NCBI GenBank assembly: GCA_038727705.1
Contig: JAVYVJ010000001.1
Location: 543,924-607,923 of the forward strand
DNA length: 64,000 nt
Direction: 5' to 3'
From: Zestosphaera sp.
GTDB taxonomy: Archaea; Thermoproteota; Thermoprotei_A; Sulfolobales; NBVN01
The position numbers were made by a program, and so were the translations under genes. Of the stretch, positions 34,790 through 44,137 are shown in pieces (positions within the stretch are counted from its first letter, which is position 1; every line of letters begins with the position of its first letter). The notes under the pieces are model-generated. The model had not been told where the DNA came from and searched no databases. It saw nothing but the letters and a program-made list of their open reading frames with translations.

Positions 34790-35713
34790 ATGTCTGTATC
34801 GCCGACTTCACCGGATGTAATAATATCTAAACTTAAAGCAGAGACCCTCGCAGCGCTTGCCAAGAAGGGGGTTAGATCTGATGAAAGGGCTCTGGAGGAC
34901 TTCAGGAGGCTGGAAATAGTCACTAACTACCTGCCTAAGGCTGAGGGCTCCGCCCTGGTAAGGCTCGGTGATACGCAGGTTCTGGTCGGAGTCAAGCTGG
35001 AGTTAGGATCCCCATACCCAGACACCCCGGATGAGGGGGTGTTGGTGGTTTCCGCAGAGTTCGTGCCTACGGCATCGCCTGCCTTTGAGCCTGGGCCGCC
35101 GGATGAGAACGCAATCGAACTGGCTAGAGTGATAGATAGGGTTCTTAGAGAGTATGGAGTAATAGATACTAGTAAACTGGCCGTGATACCTGGAAGGAAG
35201 GTCTGGGTTGTGTGGATAGACATCTACGTCCTAGATCATGGAGGGAACCTCGTTGACGCCTCGTCGATAGCCGTCTTAGCCGCCCTTTTGACGGCTAAGA
35301 TACCTCAACATGTGTTGGGCGAGGGCGAGTCCATCCACGTTGATAAGACCGTAGCTTCGGGGCCTCTGCCCATATTGAGGAAAGCGGTCACAGTCACCAT
35401 AGGCAAGTTAGGTGATTCACTAATAGTGGATCCAACCCTTGAGGAGGAGAGCGTAATATCGTCTAAAATAATAATCGGTGTGGGGGAGGATGGGCTAATA
35501 GCCGGGCTTCAGAAGACTGGCGACGGGTATTTGACTAAGCAGGAGATTGAGGGGGCAGTATCCCTGGCCTTAAGGAAGGGTAGCGAGTTAATAGCTAAGA
35601 TCAATGAGTGTCTAAAACCTCGTGAGGGGACTCATGTGGAGACTGCAGAACCCGCCACCACGATTCAAGAGGGTTTAAAACCGTTGGAAGGCATGCCTGA
35701 CAACAACGCTTAA
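34790..35713 (+). CDS. rrp42: exosome complex subunit Rrp42 (RNase PH-like, inactive)
   Basis: 307 aa carrying RSDERALEDFR...EGSALVRLGDTQVLVGVK and VLDHGGNLVDASSIAVLAAL. Confidence 0.88.
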   Translation: MSVSPTSPDVIISKLKAETLAALAKKGVRSDERALEDFRRLEIVTNYLPKAEGSALVRLGDTQVLVGVKLELGSPYPDTPDEGVLVVSAEFVPTASPAFEPGPPDENAIELARVIDRVLREYGVIDTSKLAVIPGRKVWVVWIDIYVLDHGGNLVDASSIAVLAALLTAKIPQHVLGEGESIHVDKTVASGPLPILRKAVTVTIGKLGDSLIVDPTLEEESVISSKIIIGVGEDGLIAGLQKTGDGYLTKQEIEGAVSLALRKGSELIAKINECLKPREGTHVETAEPATTIQEGLKPLEGMPDNNA

Positions 35714-35731
35714 AACCTTCGGCAGTATTTT

Positions 35732-35995
35732 GTGAGGGGATGCACAGTGGGTCGGTTGAAGGTTTCAGGGATCTCGGGCAGGTTCGGTGCCAGATACGGG
35801 TCCTCGCTAAGGAAGAGATGGAGAGAAATCATGAGTAGAAGGTACGGTGAGGTCCCATGCCCTTTCTGCAGGGCCAGAGTGGTTATGAAGAGAGTTTCCG
35901 TCGGGATCTGGCAGTGCCCTAAGTGCGGCACCGTTTTCGCTGGAGGTGCCTACGTACCCCAGACTGAGGTAGGGACTTCTAAGACCGCCCAGTAA
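35732..35995 (+). CDS. rpl37ae: 50S ribosomal protein L37Ae (eL43)
   Basis: 87 aa carrying GRFGARYGSSLRKR and a C4 zinc ribbon (CPFC...CPKC). Confidence 0.9.
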   Translation: MRGCTVGRLKVSGISGRFGARYGSSLRKRWREIMSRRYGEVPCPFCRARVVMKRVSVGIWQCPKCGTVFAGGAYVPQTEVGTSKTAQ

Positions 35996-36589
35996 GTGAG
36001 ATGTGTGGCGACCCTCATAATAACCACCTCACGGGAGCCCTCGAGAAGGACTAGGTCTTTCGTTAATGATCTGGTAAGAGTTGTACCCAACTCCCTTAGA
36101 TTCAACAGGGGTAAGGCTACCTATAAGGATCTTGCTCTGCTGGTTAAGCGTCAAAACTCTCGAGGCGTTTTAATGGTTATGGAGAGGAAGGGCAATCCCT
36201 CAGCGTTGAAATACCTAATCCCAGGTAGTGGTCAAGCGTCCCTGAAGACGCGGTACGTGGTCTTGATACGCTCCCTCAAACTGTTGAGGGAGGTGCATGA
36301 AGCGCAAACGCCGTTTAACGTTGACAAGCTCTTGCTAAATGCAAGTAGGACGACGCTTCAAGGACTCCTGCACGAAGTATATGAAGTGTTCACGGAGATC
36401 TTCAACCCCGAACTGACTTCAGAGAGGGTCGCATCAACTGAAGCGATAGAGTTGATTATCGCAGGCAACGGTGATGACGTTAACGTGTCCTTCTACTGCA
36501 CGTCCACCGGAAGACCCTGCGGGCCTATGTTCAGGGTTTTGAAGGTAATTAAAGCGGATGAAAGTGCAGCACCGATTCCCAATTATTAA
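35996..36589 (+). CDS. Brix/Imp4-domain ribosome biogenesis protein
   Basis: 197 aa starting ...IITTSREPSRRTRSFVNDL, typical of archaeal Brix proteins. It is at the conserved superoperon position after L37Ae. Confidence 0.7.
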   Translation: MRCVATLIITTSREPSRRTRSFVNDLVRVVPNSLRFNRGKATYKDLALLVKRQNSRGVLMVMERKGNPSALKYLIPGSGQASLKTRYVVLIRSLKLLREVHEAQTPFNVDKLLLNASRTTLQGLLHEVYEVFTEIFNPELTSERVASTEAIELIIAGNGDDVNVSFYCTSTGRPCGPMFRVLKVIKADESAAPIPNY

Positions 36590-36657
36590 TTCGTTAGTGA
36601 GGTAGGACGTGGAGTCAATGAGAGGCTCTCGGAGGATGATCGGTGTGAGGTGTCTAA

Positions 36658-36939
36658 ATGTTGAGTAGCCCGGCTCACGAGGTAGTGGTGGAGATGGTTT
36701 TTGAGCCGGACGAGTGTCTGATCAGCAATGCTGTCTGTAAGTCGCTTGCTCCTGAGGCAAAGCTAACGCTGAAGGGGGTTACGTTGCAGATAAAATGCGA
36801 TGAATGCGGATTTAAACTCATAGCCAGAAGCCAGGATGCGAGCGCTCTAATACCTCCAGTCGTCAACTCCCTTAAGTTAACCAGCTCGCTCATAGAAACG
36901 CTTAAGGCCCTGGAGATTGCACTACCCTCCCAAGCTTAA
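36658..36939 (+). CDS. KEOPS subunit Pcc1-like protein
   Basis: 93 aa with a small beta-beta-beta-alpha pattern and a C-terminal helix (VVNSLKLTSSLIETLKAL) resembling Pcc1. It is at the superoperon position next to prefoldin beta. Confidence 0.5.
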   Translation: MLSSPAHEVVVEMVFEPDECLISNAVCKSLAPEAKLTLKGVTLQIKCDECGFKLIARSQDASALIPPVVNSLKLTSSLIETLKALEIALPSQA

Positions 36940-37087
36940 GACGCTGGGAGTACATGAAGTGGCGCAGTTCGTCCGGCGCATTTCGGGTTTTAAACCACGC
37001 TGGGCGGGCCCTGCCGACATCCCGTGTAGGGCGGGCTCAGGGTAAGTTTTATAAGGTGCGTGTTGCTAAGTATGTGAGGGTGATGGT

Positions 37088-37453
37088 ATGGCTCAGAGAA
37101 TACCGCCGGAGCTCGAGCAGGCTGTCGTTAAGTACCAGCAAATAGAGTCGCAGCTCGCGTCAATAATAACTCAGAAATCAGTGATTTCCTCGGAGCTGAA
37201 GGACATTGAAAGGGCGTTAAGTATTCTGCAGAACGTCACGCCTGAAACCACTGTCTACAAGAATACAGGCTTTGTTTTCGTTAAGGTAGATAAGGACGCT
37301 ACTATTAAAGAGCTTCAGGAAAAGAAGGAAGAGCTTGAGGTAAGACTCCAGAGTTTTGAGAAGATTGAGGAGTCGCTACGCAAGCAATTCGAGGCTGTGA
37401 AGAAGGAGCTTGAGAGATATAGGGTGATCCCAGGCGAGGAGAAAGGCGGATAG
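37088..37453 (+). CDS. pfdB: prefoldin subunit beta
   Basis: 121 aa with a coiled-coil/beta-hairpin/coiled-coil layout (QQIESQLASIITQK...VYKNTGFVFVKVDKD...ELEVRLQSFEK). Confidence 0.85.
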   Translation: MAQRIPPELEQAVVKYQQIESQLASIITQKSVISSELKDIERALSILQNVTPETTVYKNTGFVFVKVDKDATIKELQEKKEELEVRLQSFEKIEESLRKQFEAVKKELERYRVIPGEEKGG

Positions 37454-37553
37454 TAGGAATTACGTTAAGTCGCTGGGTCTTAACATAAGCCGAATAGACG
37501 GTCTAGAGTTAAAAAATATCGCAACGCTATTTGAGGAGAAAATCAGAAGCTCC

Positions 37554-37784
37554 TTGGAGGGCCTCTCGGGGCGTAGGGAGGAGTATAATGTCCTGATATC
37601 GGCTGAGGTAAAATCGGACTGTATTAGCGTGACCTTAGACTTGGAAATCACTTCCCCCGAGCCCTTAACCTTGGAGCTTGAGTCCTTATTAGATCAGGTA
37701 GTTGATAATGCTTTGGAGACGCTTGAGCATGAGTTACTTAGCAGGTATGGAAAAACTCAAGGAACTGGCCCACGAACTGGTTAA
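37554..37784 (+). CDS. hypothetical small protein (start uncertain)
   Basis: 76-aa TTG-started ORF. The same frame is open from 37428 with protein-like sequence (SLGLNISRIDGLELKNIATLFEEKIRSS) but no ATG/GTG/TTG. Its end overlaps the DHH gene start. Confidence 0.3.
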   Translation: MEGLSGRREEYNVLISAEVKSDCISVTLDLEITSPEPLTLELESLLDQVVDNALETLEHELLSRYGKTQGTGPRTG

Positions 37785-38793
37785 AGCGGTGAGAGCCTGC
37801 ACATCCATATGTATTTCCACGCATAAGGACGCAGATCCGGACGCAGTTGCTTCAGCCATAGCCCTCAAGCATGTGATTCAATCAACACATCACAACCCCT
37901 CAACATACGTGATCCTTCCCGAGGGACTCAATAAGGTGGCCAGCAGGTTAGTCATGAGCCTAAACATGGAGCGTGAGTTAAGCTCCGCATTAACAGGGCA
38001 GTGCGACCTCCACGTGTTTGTCGACGCATCAAGCAGATACCAGGTCATGAGCCCTGGAGGGGAGGGGCTCGCCAGGTACATAGTTATAGACCATCACGAG
38101 TCTAACGAACTGACGAGTGACGCGTTACTATCAATTCATTTTAGAGATGCGGCCTCAACCAGTGAGCTCCTCGCCTTAATGATGGAGTGCTTGAATATAA
38201 CACCGTACAACAACCTAGTAACCCTTCTCATATCCGGGATTCTTTACGATACAAAGAACTTGAGGCTAGCTAAGCCGACGAGCTTCAAAGCCCTTTACCA
38301 CCTCACTAGCATGTGTCCCGAGTGCTTTAACCAAGCGTACTCACTGCTCACCGGTACTGAGGTAGTGAGGAGTGAGGTGGTGGCAGTACTTAAGGGTATT
38401 TCAAGAATCGGTATTTATGAACTAAACAAGGATCTGTTGTTAGCAATAACCTGTGTAGGAGCGTATGAGGCTTCAGTACTCAAAACAGTCATTAATGCTG
38501 GAGCGGATGTAGCGATAGCAATATCCCAACGGTCTGGAGAGACCAGAATATACGTAAGAGCTTCGCAGAGAGCGATAAACACGCTCAAGACCCCAATAGC
38601 CTCAGATATCGCCACGCAAATAGCGAAGAGCTTAGGGGGCTCTGGTGGGGGGCATGAGGGCGCTGCCGGAGTGGTAGTCTCTTCTTCAGTATGCGCTGAG
38701 GGGATACTGGAGAATGTTAGACAGTACTTCACGAGGGCCGGCATGAGGTTTGAGGTTTTGGAGGAGGGCAGGTGGATTGAGAAGTGCTCTTAA
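37702..38793 (+). CDS. DHH-family phosphoesterase (NrnA/RecJ-like, DHH + DHHA1)
   Basis: It carries motifs HKDADPDAVAS, DAS, VIDHHES and GGGHEGAAG. The likely true start is ATG at 37747 (MEKLKELAHEL...). Confidence 0.8.
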   Translation: MIMLWRRLSMSYLAGMEKLKELAHELVKAVRACTSICISTHKDADPDAVASAIALKHVIQSTHHNPSTYVILPEGLNKVASRLVMSLNMERELSSALTGQCDLHVFVDASSRYQVMSPGGEGLARYIVIDHHESNELTSDALLSIHFRDAASTSELLALMMECLNITPYNNLVTLLISGILYDTKNLRLAKPTSFKALYHLTSMCPECFNQAYSLLTGTEVVRSEVVAVLKGISRIGIYELNKDLLLAITCVGAYEASVLKTVINAGADVAIAISQRSGETRIYVRASQRAINTLKTPIASDIATQIAKSLGGSGGGHEGAAGVVVSSSVCAEGILENVRQYFTRAGMRFEVLEEGRWIEKCS

Positions 38794-38924
38794 GCCCTGC
38801 ATGCTCGACCGCACCACATATTTTTACTGTATACAATACCGGAGTTTAGGTGTCGGGTATGCGGGCTCATTGTAAGGGTGAGGTTTATTTAAGGACACTG
38901 GTGAGGTGTTAAGTCACGGTTAAA

Positions 38925-39647
38925 GTGTACGTTGACGAACGTGAAAGATCGTCTGACGTGCCCGTTCACTTGTCAGGCATGGGGGTTACTGTAGTCTTTA
39001 AGGTTCTCGAGGTAGGTGACTACGCTATTGACGAGGAAATAATCATTGAAAGGAAAAGGGTGAACGACCTCGTCAAATCCGTCTACGAAGGAAGGTTCTT
39101 TAATCAGTTAAAGAGGTTGAAGAGTGTTGAGGGGTGTAAACCCCTACTAGTTATAGAGGGCAACATACTGGATATCGGGAGGTACGTCGAGAACCCTAAG
39201 TCCGTTGAGGCAGCGCTCATCGCAGCGATCCTGTCCTTCAATGTCCCGATCCTCTATACTAAGGATTCACACCATACTGCTGAACTAATAAAGTATGTGG
39301 CTGAGAGAACTCAAAAGAGTAAGGCGAAGGCCTCAGGAGGCAAGGTAGTTACTCTACTACCAACCTATAGAAAAGTCAGGAAACCAAAGACCGAGGACAT
39401 TAAGTCATGGCAGATCTACATACTTTCATCCTTCCCTAAAATAGGGCCTACGTTGGCTGAGAGACTCCTACGTAAGTTTGGCAGTTTGAAGGCAGTCATA
39501 AACGCTCAGGCCGTAGAACTCCTTAGGGTTGAGGGGATGACTGAGGAGAGGGTTAAACTACTTAAGAAGATCGTTGAGGAGAGTTCCTCAGACTCGACGA
39601 GTCCATCGCTTGAGAAATTCCTCGATAAATCTAGGCAGGGTCAGTAA
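38925..39647 (+). CDS. xpf: XPF/ERCC4-type structure-specific endonuclease (short crenarchaeal form, nuclease + HhH2)
   Basis: 240 aa with the ERCC4 motif (GDYAI...ERKRVNDL) and a C-terminal HhH2 (FPKIGPTLAERLLRKFGSLKAVINA). Confidence 0.85.
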   Translation: MYVDERERSSDVPVHLSGMGVTVVFKVLEVGDYAIDEEIIIERKRVNDLVKSVYEGRFFNQLKRLKSVEGCKPLLVIEGNILDIGRYVENPKSVEAALIAAILSFNVPILYTKDSHHTAELIKYVAERTQKSKAKASGGKVVTLLPTYRKVRKPKTEDIKSWQIYILSSFPKIGPTLAERLLRKFGSLKAVINAQAVELLRVEGMTEERVKLLKKIVEESSSDSTSPSLEKFLDKSRQGQ

Positions 39648-39714
39648 CGCATCTCCAGCTGTAGAAATGGTTAAGCTTATAACTTCCTTAAAGTTAGTTT
39701 TGTAGGTAATAGGC

Positions 39715-41931
39715 ATGCCTAGGTACAAGACTGTAGAGCAAGTGCAGAGAATAATGAGTGACTTGGAACATGTAAGGAACATAGGTATAATAGCGCACGT
39801 CGACCACGGCAAGACCACCACCTCAGACGTGCTGCTGGCGGCCGCAGGCATAATATCAGCTAAGGTAGCTGGCGAGGCCCTGGCCCTCGACTACCTTGAC
39901 GTGGAGCAGAAGAGGGGAGTTACAGTTAAAGCCGCCAACATCAGCTTGTATCACGAGCTGGGAGGAAGGGGCTACGTAATAAACCTGATTGACACGCCGG
40001 GGCACGTCGACTTCTCAGGCAGGGTTACAAGGTCTTTACGTGTGCTTGATGGCGCCATAGTGGTAGTTGATGCTGTCGAGGGTGTAATGACGCAGACTGA
40101 GACGGTGCTTAGGCAGTCGCTCGAAGAGAGGGTGAGGCCTCTTCTCTTTATCAATAAGATAGACAGGCTAATAAAGGAACTTAAGCTTTCCCCTCAAGAA
40201 ATACAGAAGAGATTCGTAGATATAATAAAGGAAGTCAACAGACTCATAGTCGAGAACGCTGACCCTGAATTCAGGGATAAATGGACTCTAGACGTTGCCA
40301 AAGGCCAAGTGATTTTCGGCTCGGCCAAGGATAAAATCGGGTTGACAGTACCCCACGCTCAGAGGAAAGGAGTTAACGTGATGGATCTGATTAAAGCCTA
40401 TGAGAAAGGTAGAGAGGCTGTAGAGGAATTCCAGAAGATAGCGCCGTTGCATGAGACGCTCCTTGAGGCGGTCATTACCCATGTTCCTAACCCGAGGGAT
40501 GCACAGAGATACCGAATCCCGAAGATATGGAAGGGCGATATAAACACAGAGTTAGGCAGGGCCATGATGGAGGCAGATCCGAAAGGACCGATAGTTTACA
40601 TGATCAACGACATGAGGCTCGATCCTCACGCAGGTTTTGTAGCGACCGGGAGAGTGATGTCGGGCACTCTGAAATCCGGTGAGGAAGTCTGGCTAGTTAA
40701 TTCGAGGACATCGCAGAAAGTCCTTCAGGTATCGCTCTACATGGGACCCTTTAGGGAGCAAGTGGAGTCCGTGTTTGCAGGTAACATAGGTGCAGTGCTA
40801 GGTCTGGACAGAGCCAGGGCTGGCGAGACAGCGGTTAATATGATGTTCAAAGACGTAGCAGCTCCTTTCGAGAGGCTAAGGTACGTGACTGAGCCTGTCG
40901 TAACCATGGCCGTGGAGCCTAAGAAGACCCAAGACCTGACGAAACTCATAGACGCTTTAAGAAAGATGGCGATAGAGGACCCGAACCTGATAGTTAAGAT
41001 AAATGAGGAGACGGGAGAGTATCTCCTGGCAGGTATGGGACCCCTACACCTCGAGATCACACTTACACTCCTTAAGGAGAATTACGGTATAGAGGTCGAC
41101 ACGACGCCACCTATAATAGTCTATAGGGAAGCCATAAGAACCTCCTCTCAGATTCTTGAGGGTAAGTCCCCTAACAAACATAATAAGTTCTACGTGAGTG
41201 TTGAACCCCTCAACGAGGAGACCATCACGCTCATCCAACAAGGAGCGATAACAGAGAATATGGATCCAAGGGAGATGGCCAGGATTTTAAGGGATCAGGC
41301 CGGTTGGGATTATGATGAGGGAAAGAAGATATGGGCGATCGATGAGGGAATCAACGTCTTCGTGGACAAGACCTCTGGCATCCAATACCTGAGGGAGATT
41401 AAAGACACCTTGATACAAGGGTTCAGGCTAGCTATGAATGAAGGACCTCTAGCAATGGAGAGAGTTAGAGGAGTGAAGGTAATACTCCACGACGCCGTCG
41501 TTCATGAAGATCCAGCCCACAGGGGGCCTGCACAGATATACCCAGCCATTAGGAATCCGATCTACGCAGGAATGTTGCTCTCCAGACCAACTTTACTAGA
41601 GCCTATACAGAAGATAGACCTTAGGGTCCCTGTGGACTTAATGAGCTCCGCAATCTCCGTCATCACAAAGAAGAGAGGTAAGGTTCTGGACGTGATAACC
41701 CTTAGCAGCGATGTCTCAAGAGTTATAGCAGAGATACCTGTGGCTGAATCCCTAGACTTAGCTAATGACTTAAGATCAGCGACGGCAGGTCGGGCGTTCT
41801 GGGGCACTGAATTCAGTAAATGGGCTTCCGTTCCTGAATCTCTGCTATTCGATATAGTGGCTCAAATAAGACAGAGAAAGGGCCTGAAGCCGGAACCACC
41901 GAAGCCCGATGACTTCATAGCGCCCTTTTAG
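39715..41931 (+). CDS. fusA: translation elongation factor 2 (aEF-2)
   Basis: 738 aa with GTPase motifs ([21 protein letters not shown]) and an EF-2 domain organisation including the diphthamide-loop region (HEDPAHRG). Confidence 0.95.
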   Translation: MPRYKTVEQVQRIMSDLEHVRNIGIIAHVDHGKTTTSDVLLAAAGIISAKVAGEALALDYLDVEQKRGVTVKAANISLYHELGGRGYVINLIDTPGHVDFSGRVTRSLRVLDGAIVVVDAVEGVMTQTETVLRQSLEERVRPLLFINKIDRLIKELKLSPQEIQKRFVDIIKEVNRLIVENADPEFRDKWTLDVAKGQVIFGSAKDKIGLTVPHAQRKGVNVMDLIKAYEKGREAVEEFQKIAPLHETLLEAVITHVPNPRDAQRYRIPKIWKGDINTELGRAMMEADPKGPIVYMINDMRLDPHAGFVATGRVMSGTLKSGEEVWLVNSRTSQKVLQVSLYMGPFREQVESVFAGNIGAVLGLDRARAGETAVNMMFKDVAAPFERLRYVTEPVVTMAVEPKKTQDLTKLIDALRKMAIEDPNLIVKINEETGEYLLAGMGPLHLEITLTLLKENYGIEVDTTPPIIVYREAIRTSSQILEGKSPNKHNKFYVSVEPLNEETITLIQQGAITENMDPREMARILRDQAGWDYDEGKKIWAIDEGINVFVDKTSGIQYLREIKDTLIQGFRLAMNEGPLAMERVRGVKVILHDAVVHEDPAHRGPAQIYPAIRNPIYAGMLLSRPTLLEPIQKIDLRVPVDLMSSAISVITKKRGKVLDVITLSSDVSRVIAEIPVAESLDLANDLRSATAGRAFWGTEFSKWASVPESLLFDIVAQIRQRKGLKPEPPKPDDFIAPF

Positions 41932-41967
41932 TGACCCCCGCTCTTCAGGATGGAGTTTCCAGTATCC

Positions 41968-42065
41968 TAAAACCATAAAACCAGCACACGATTTAGGTGT
42001 GAAGCCTACACCGATTTCACTGGTTAAGTCCAGCGATATCGGCTCCTTAAAACCATAAAACCAGC
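41968..42065. repeat. 18-nt direct repeat pair (TAAAACCATAAAACCAGC) flanking a short hairpin-rich spacer
   Basis: Copies lie at 41968-41985 and 42048-42065. The 62-nt interval contains CACAC-GATTTAG-GTGTG and GGTGT-GAAGCCT-ACACC stem-loops. It lies between convergent fusA and the epimerase gene. Confidence 0.7.
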
Positions 42066-42066
42066 T

Positions 42067-43023
42067 TCAGTCCTTCCCCAGCATCCACCTTACAGTCTCT
42101 CTCAGGGCTTCCCTAGAGGTCAGGGTAGGATACCAACCCAAGTTCATCAACTTTTTTGCATCAAGTAGCATGAACTTGACATCGCCTACCCAACCTCTCC
42201 CGTCAGGGGTGGCTGGTTTGTAGGTATACTTGACCTCAGTTAACCCCATCTCCTCGACTACTAAATCGGCTATCTCTCTGACAGATATCCAGTCGACGTT
42301 ACCTATGTTGTAGACCTCCTGGCTTCTTCCCGACGACCTGAGGTGTTTTAATGCTTTATTCATGCCTGAAATTAGGTCTTTAACATGCAGGTAGGACTTC
42401 TTTTGAGTTCCGTCACCCAGTATCTCCAATGTCTTAGGGTTGCTTCTTAACTTCTTGATAAAGTCCACTATAACTCCGTGTGTTTGCCTAGGACCGACTA
42501 TGTTGGCAAATCTGAGAATAAGCGCCTTCAGACCATATACCTCACTATATGTCATTATCAAGTTCTCGGACATGAGCTTCGAGGCGCCGTAGACAGATAT
42601 AGGTCTCGTTGGGTAACTCTCCGGCGTGGGGAACACGTCGGCGTCGCCGTATACTGTGGAGGAGCTGGCGAAGACCAGCTCCTCAACATCCTCGAGTCTA
42701 CAGCACTCGAGGACATTAAAAGTGACCACGACGTTCTCCTCGAAATGAACGCGCGGTTCCGTCGTCGAGATCCTGACCTCCGGGTTCGCGGCAAAGTGAT
42801 AGACCGTATTGACGTCTCTGAACGCTGCCTTCAGTTCTTCGTCAAGGACCTTTAGGTCCTTGGTTAAGAACCCGACCTTGTTACCCTTTAGCAAATGTTC
42901 TATGTTCCTTGTAGTGCCTGAACTCAGGTTATCTACTATGAATGTCTCGTAACCCTCCCTAACCAGGTAATCAACTACGTGGGAACCTATGAAGCCCGCC
43001 CCACCGGTAACTAGAGCCCTCAT
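42067..43023 (-). CDS. NAD-dependent nucleotide-sugar epimerase/dehydratase (GalE-like SDR)
   Basis: 318 aa with an N-terminal VTGGAGFIGSH and a catalytic YGASK. Confidence 0.85.
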   Translation of the reverse strand: MRALVTGGAGFIGSHVVDYLVREGYETFIVDNLSSGTTRNIEHLLKGNKVGFLTKDLKVLDEELKAAFRDVNTVYHFAANPEVRISTTEPRVHFEENVVVTFNVLECCRLEDVEELVFASSSTVYGDADVFPTPESYPTRPISVYGASKLMSENLIMTYSEVYGLKALILRFANIVGPRQTHGVIVDFIKKLRSNPKTLEILGDGTQKKSYLHVKDLISGMNKALKHLRSSGRSQEVYNIGNVDWISVREIADLVVEEMGLTEVKYTYKPATPDGRGWVGDVKFMLLDAKKLMNLGWYPTLTSREALRETVRWMLGKD

Positions 43024-43042
43024 TAAAATGACCTGCCAGACC

Positions 43043-44035
43043 TTACTGCTTGGTTAACAAAGATACTATGTTAGAGGCAATTATATCAACCACGTTCAAC
43101 ATAGTGTCTAACGAGCTCTTCGACGGGTCCTTAAACTTTATCATAACGTGACTTCCTCTTAAGGATACGCTGAGTTCGCTGGAGAGTTCCTTAGGCAGTG
43201 ACGATATTATGTTGACGAAGCTGACGCTTCTGACGCCCAAACACACCTTTAAAGTGTGTCCCAGCTCTGTCTCTAGAACCACCATGCCTACTCCATCCTC
43301 CCTACACAATTTTGACAACATGTCGTGCGTTAGCGGCTTTAACAGCCAGTAGTTATCCTTTATAATCTGCTTATCGAAATCGCGTGAGACCACTGCAACC
43401 CTCAACGGTCCATAACGGATCACGTTCTCACTATTGAGAATTTCGTCAATGAGTTTTAGAGCTTCATCATACTTAGTAGCTTCCTTCTCCACTTCGGGAT
43501 TCAATTTATAGGATCTTGAACGTATCACGTTGAGGAAGTATGTGTAGAGCACGTTAGGGAAGTCGGTCGAGTTGTAATTCACTTTTACTGCTTTAGCCAG
43601 TGCCTTACCTATCTTACTCATGTCATTTACTCGTCCGGAGGTGTATGACGTCACATCTTTAAGCAGTTGCTCCGGAAGCTCTACTGCCGCGTTCAATGTT
43701 TGAATATATTCTAGGATTGTCTGGGTTAATGTGGTTGTTTCAGAAAGGCTCATGAGGATCTCCCCCTTCCCTGAGTCATCATACTTAGTTACGATGCCAA
43801 GTTTCTTCTCTGAAAGGATGTGGAAACCTGTTGAGCTATATATGCTGATAAATTGGGACGGTGTGAGACCCACTGCATAGCTTCTAACTATCTTAAGAGG
43901 AGTCTTGATCGTCTGTGGCACGAACTCAACATAGACCCGCACCCCCTTGCTGGTCAAGGTGTTTGAGAGTATGGCTGTAGCCAAGACCTCGTCCAGTCCT
44001 ACCTTAGAGTAGATTGACGTGTTCTGGATAGTCAA
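43043..44035 (-). CDS. hypothetical protein
   Basis: 330-aa ORF with a coding-like composition and no motif that I recognise. Confidence 0.45.
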   Translation of the reverse strand: MTIQNTSIYSKVGLDEVLATAILSNTLTSKGVRVYVEFVPQTIKTPLKIVRSYAVGLTPSQFISIYSSTGFHILSEKKLGIVTKYDDSGKGEILMSLSETTTLTQTILEYIQTLNAAVELPEQLLKDVTSYTSGRVNDMSKIGKALAKAVKVNYNSTDFPNVLYTYFLNVIRSRSYKLNPEVEKEATKYDEALKLIDEILNSENVIRYGPLRVAVVSRDFDKQIIKDNYWLLKPLTHDMLSKLCREDGVGMVVLETELGHTLKVCLGVRSVSFVNIISSLPKELSSELSVSLRGSHVMIKFKDPSKSSLDTMLNVVDIIASNIVSLLTKQ

Positions 44036-44137
44036 ATCCTCAACACCACCTCAGCAGCATCACGTTCACTACCCTAGTGTTTACAGAACCTCTACCCAAA
44101 TAAAGCTTTTAAGCGTTAACCCTTATGTAGAGTTCAG

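Noticed and set aside
36590-36657. Possible C/D-box sRNA (AATGAGA ... GGATGATC)
   Set aside because: There is no CTGA D or D' box at the required spacing and no terminal stem.
36940-37087. GC-rich segment with duplicated GGGCGGGC, plus the 63-aa ORF 36954-37145, as an ncRNA or small gene between the Pcc1-like gene and pfdB
   Set aside because: The ORF overlaps the pfdB start and is Arg-rich and unconvincing. I could not identify C/D-box, H/ACA or other defining motifs. It probably contains only the pfdB promoter (TTTTATAAGG).
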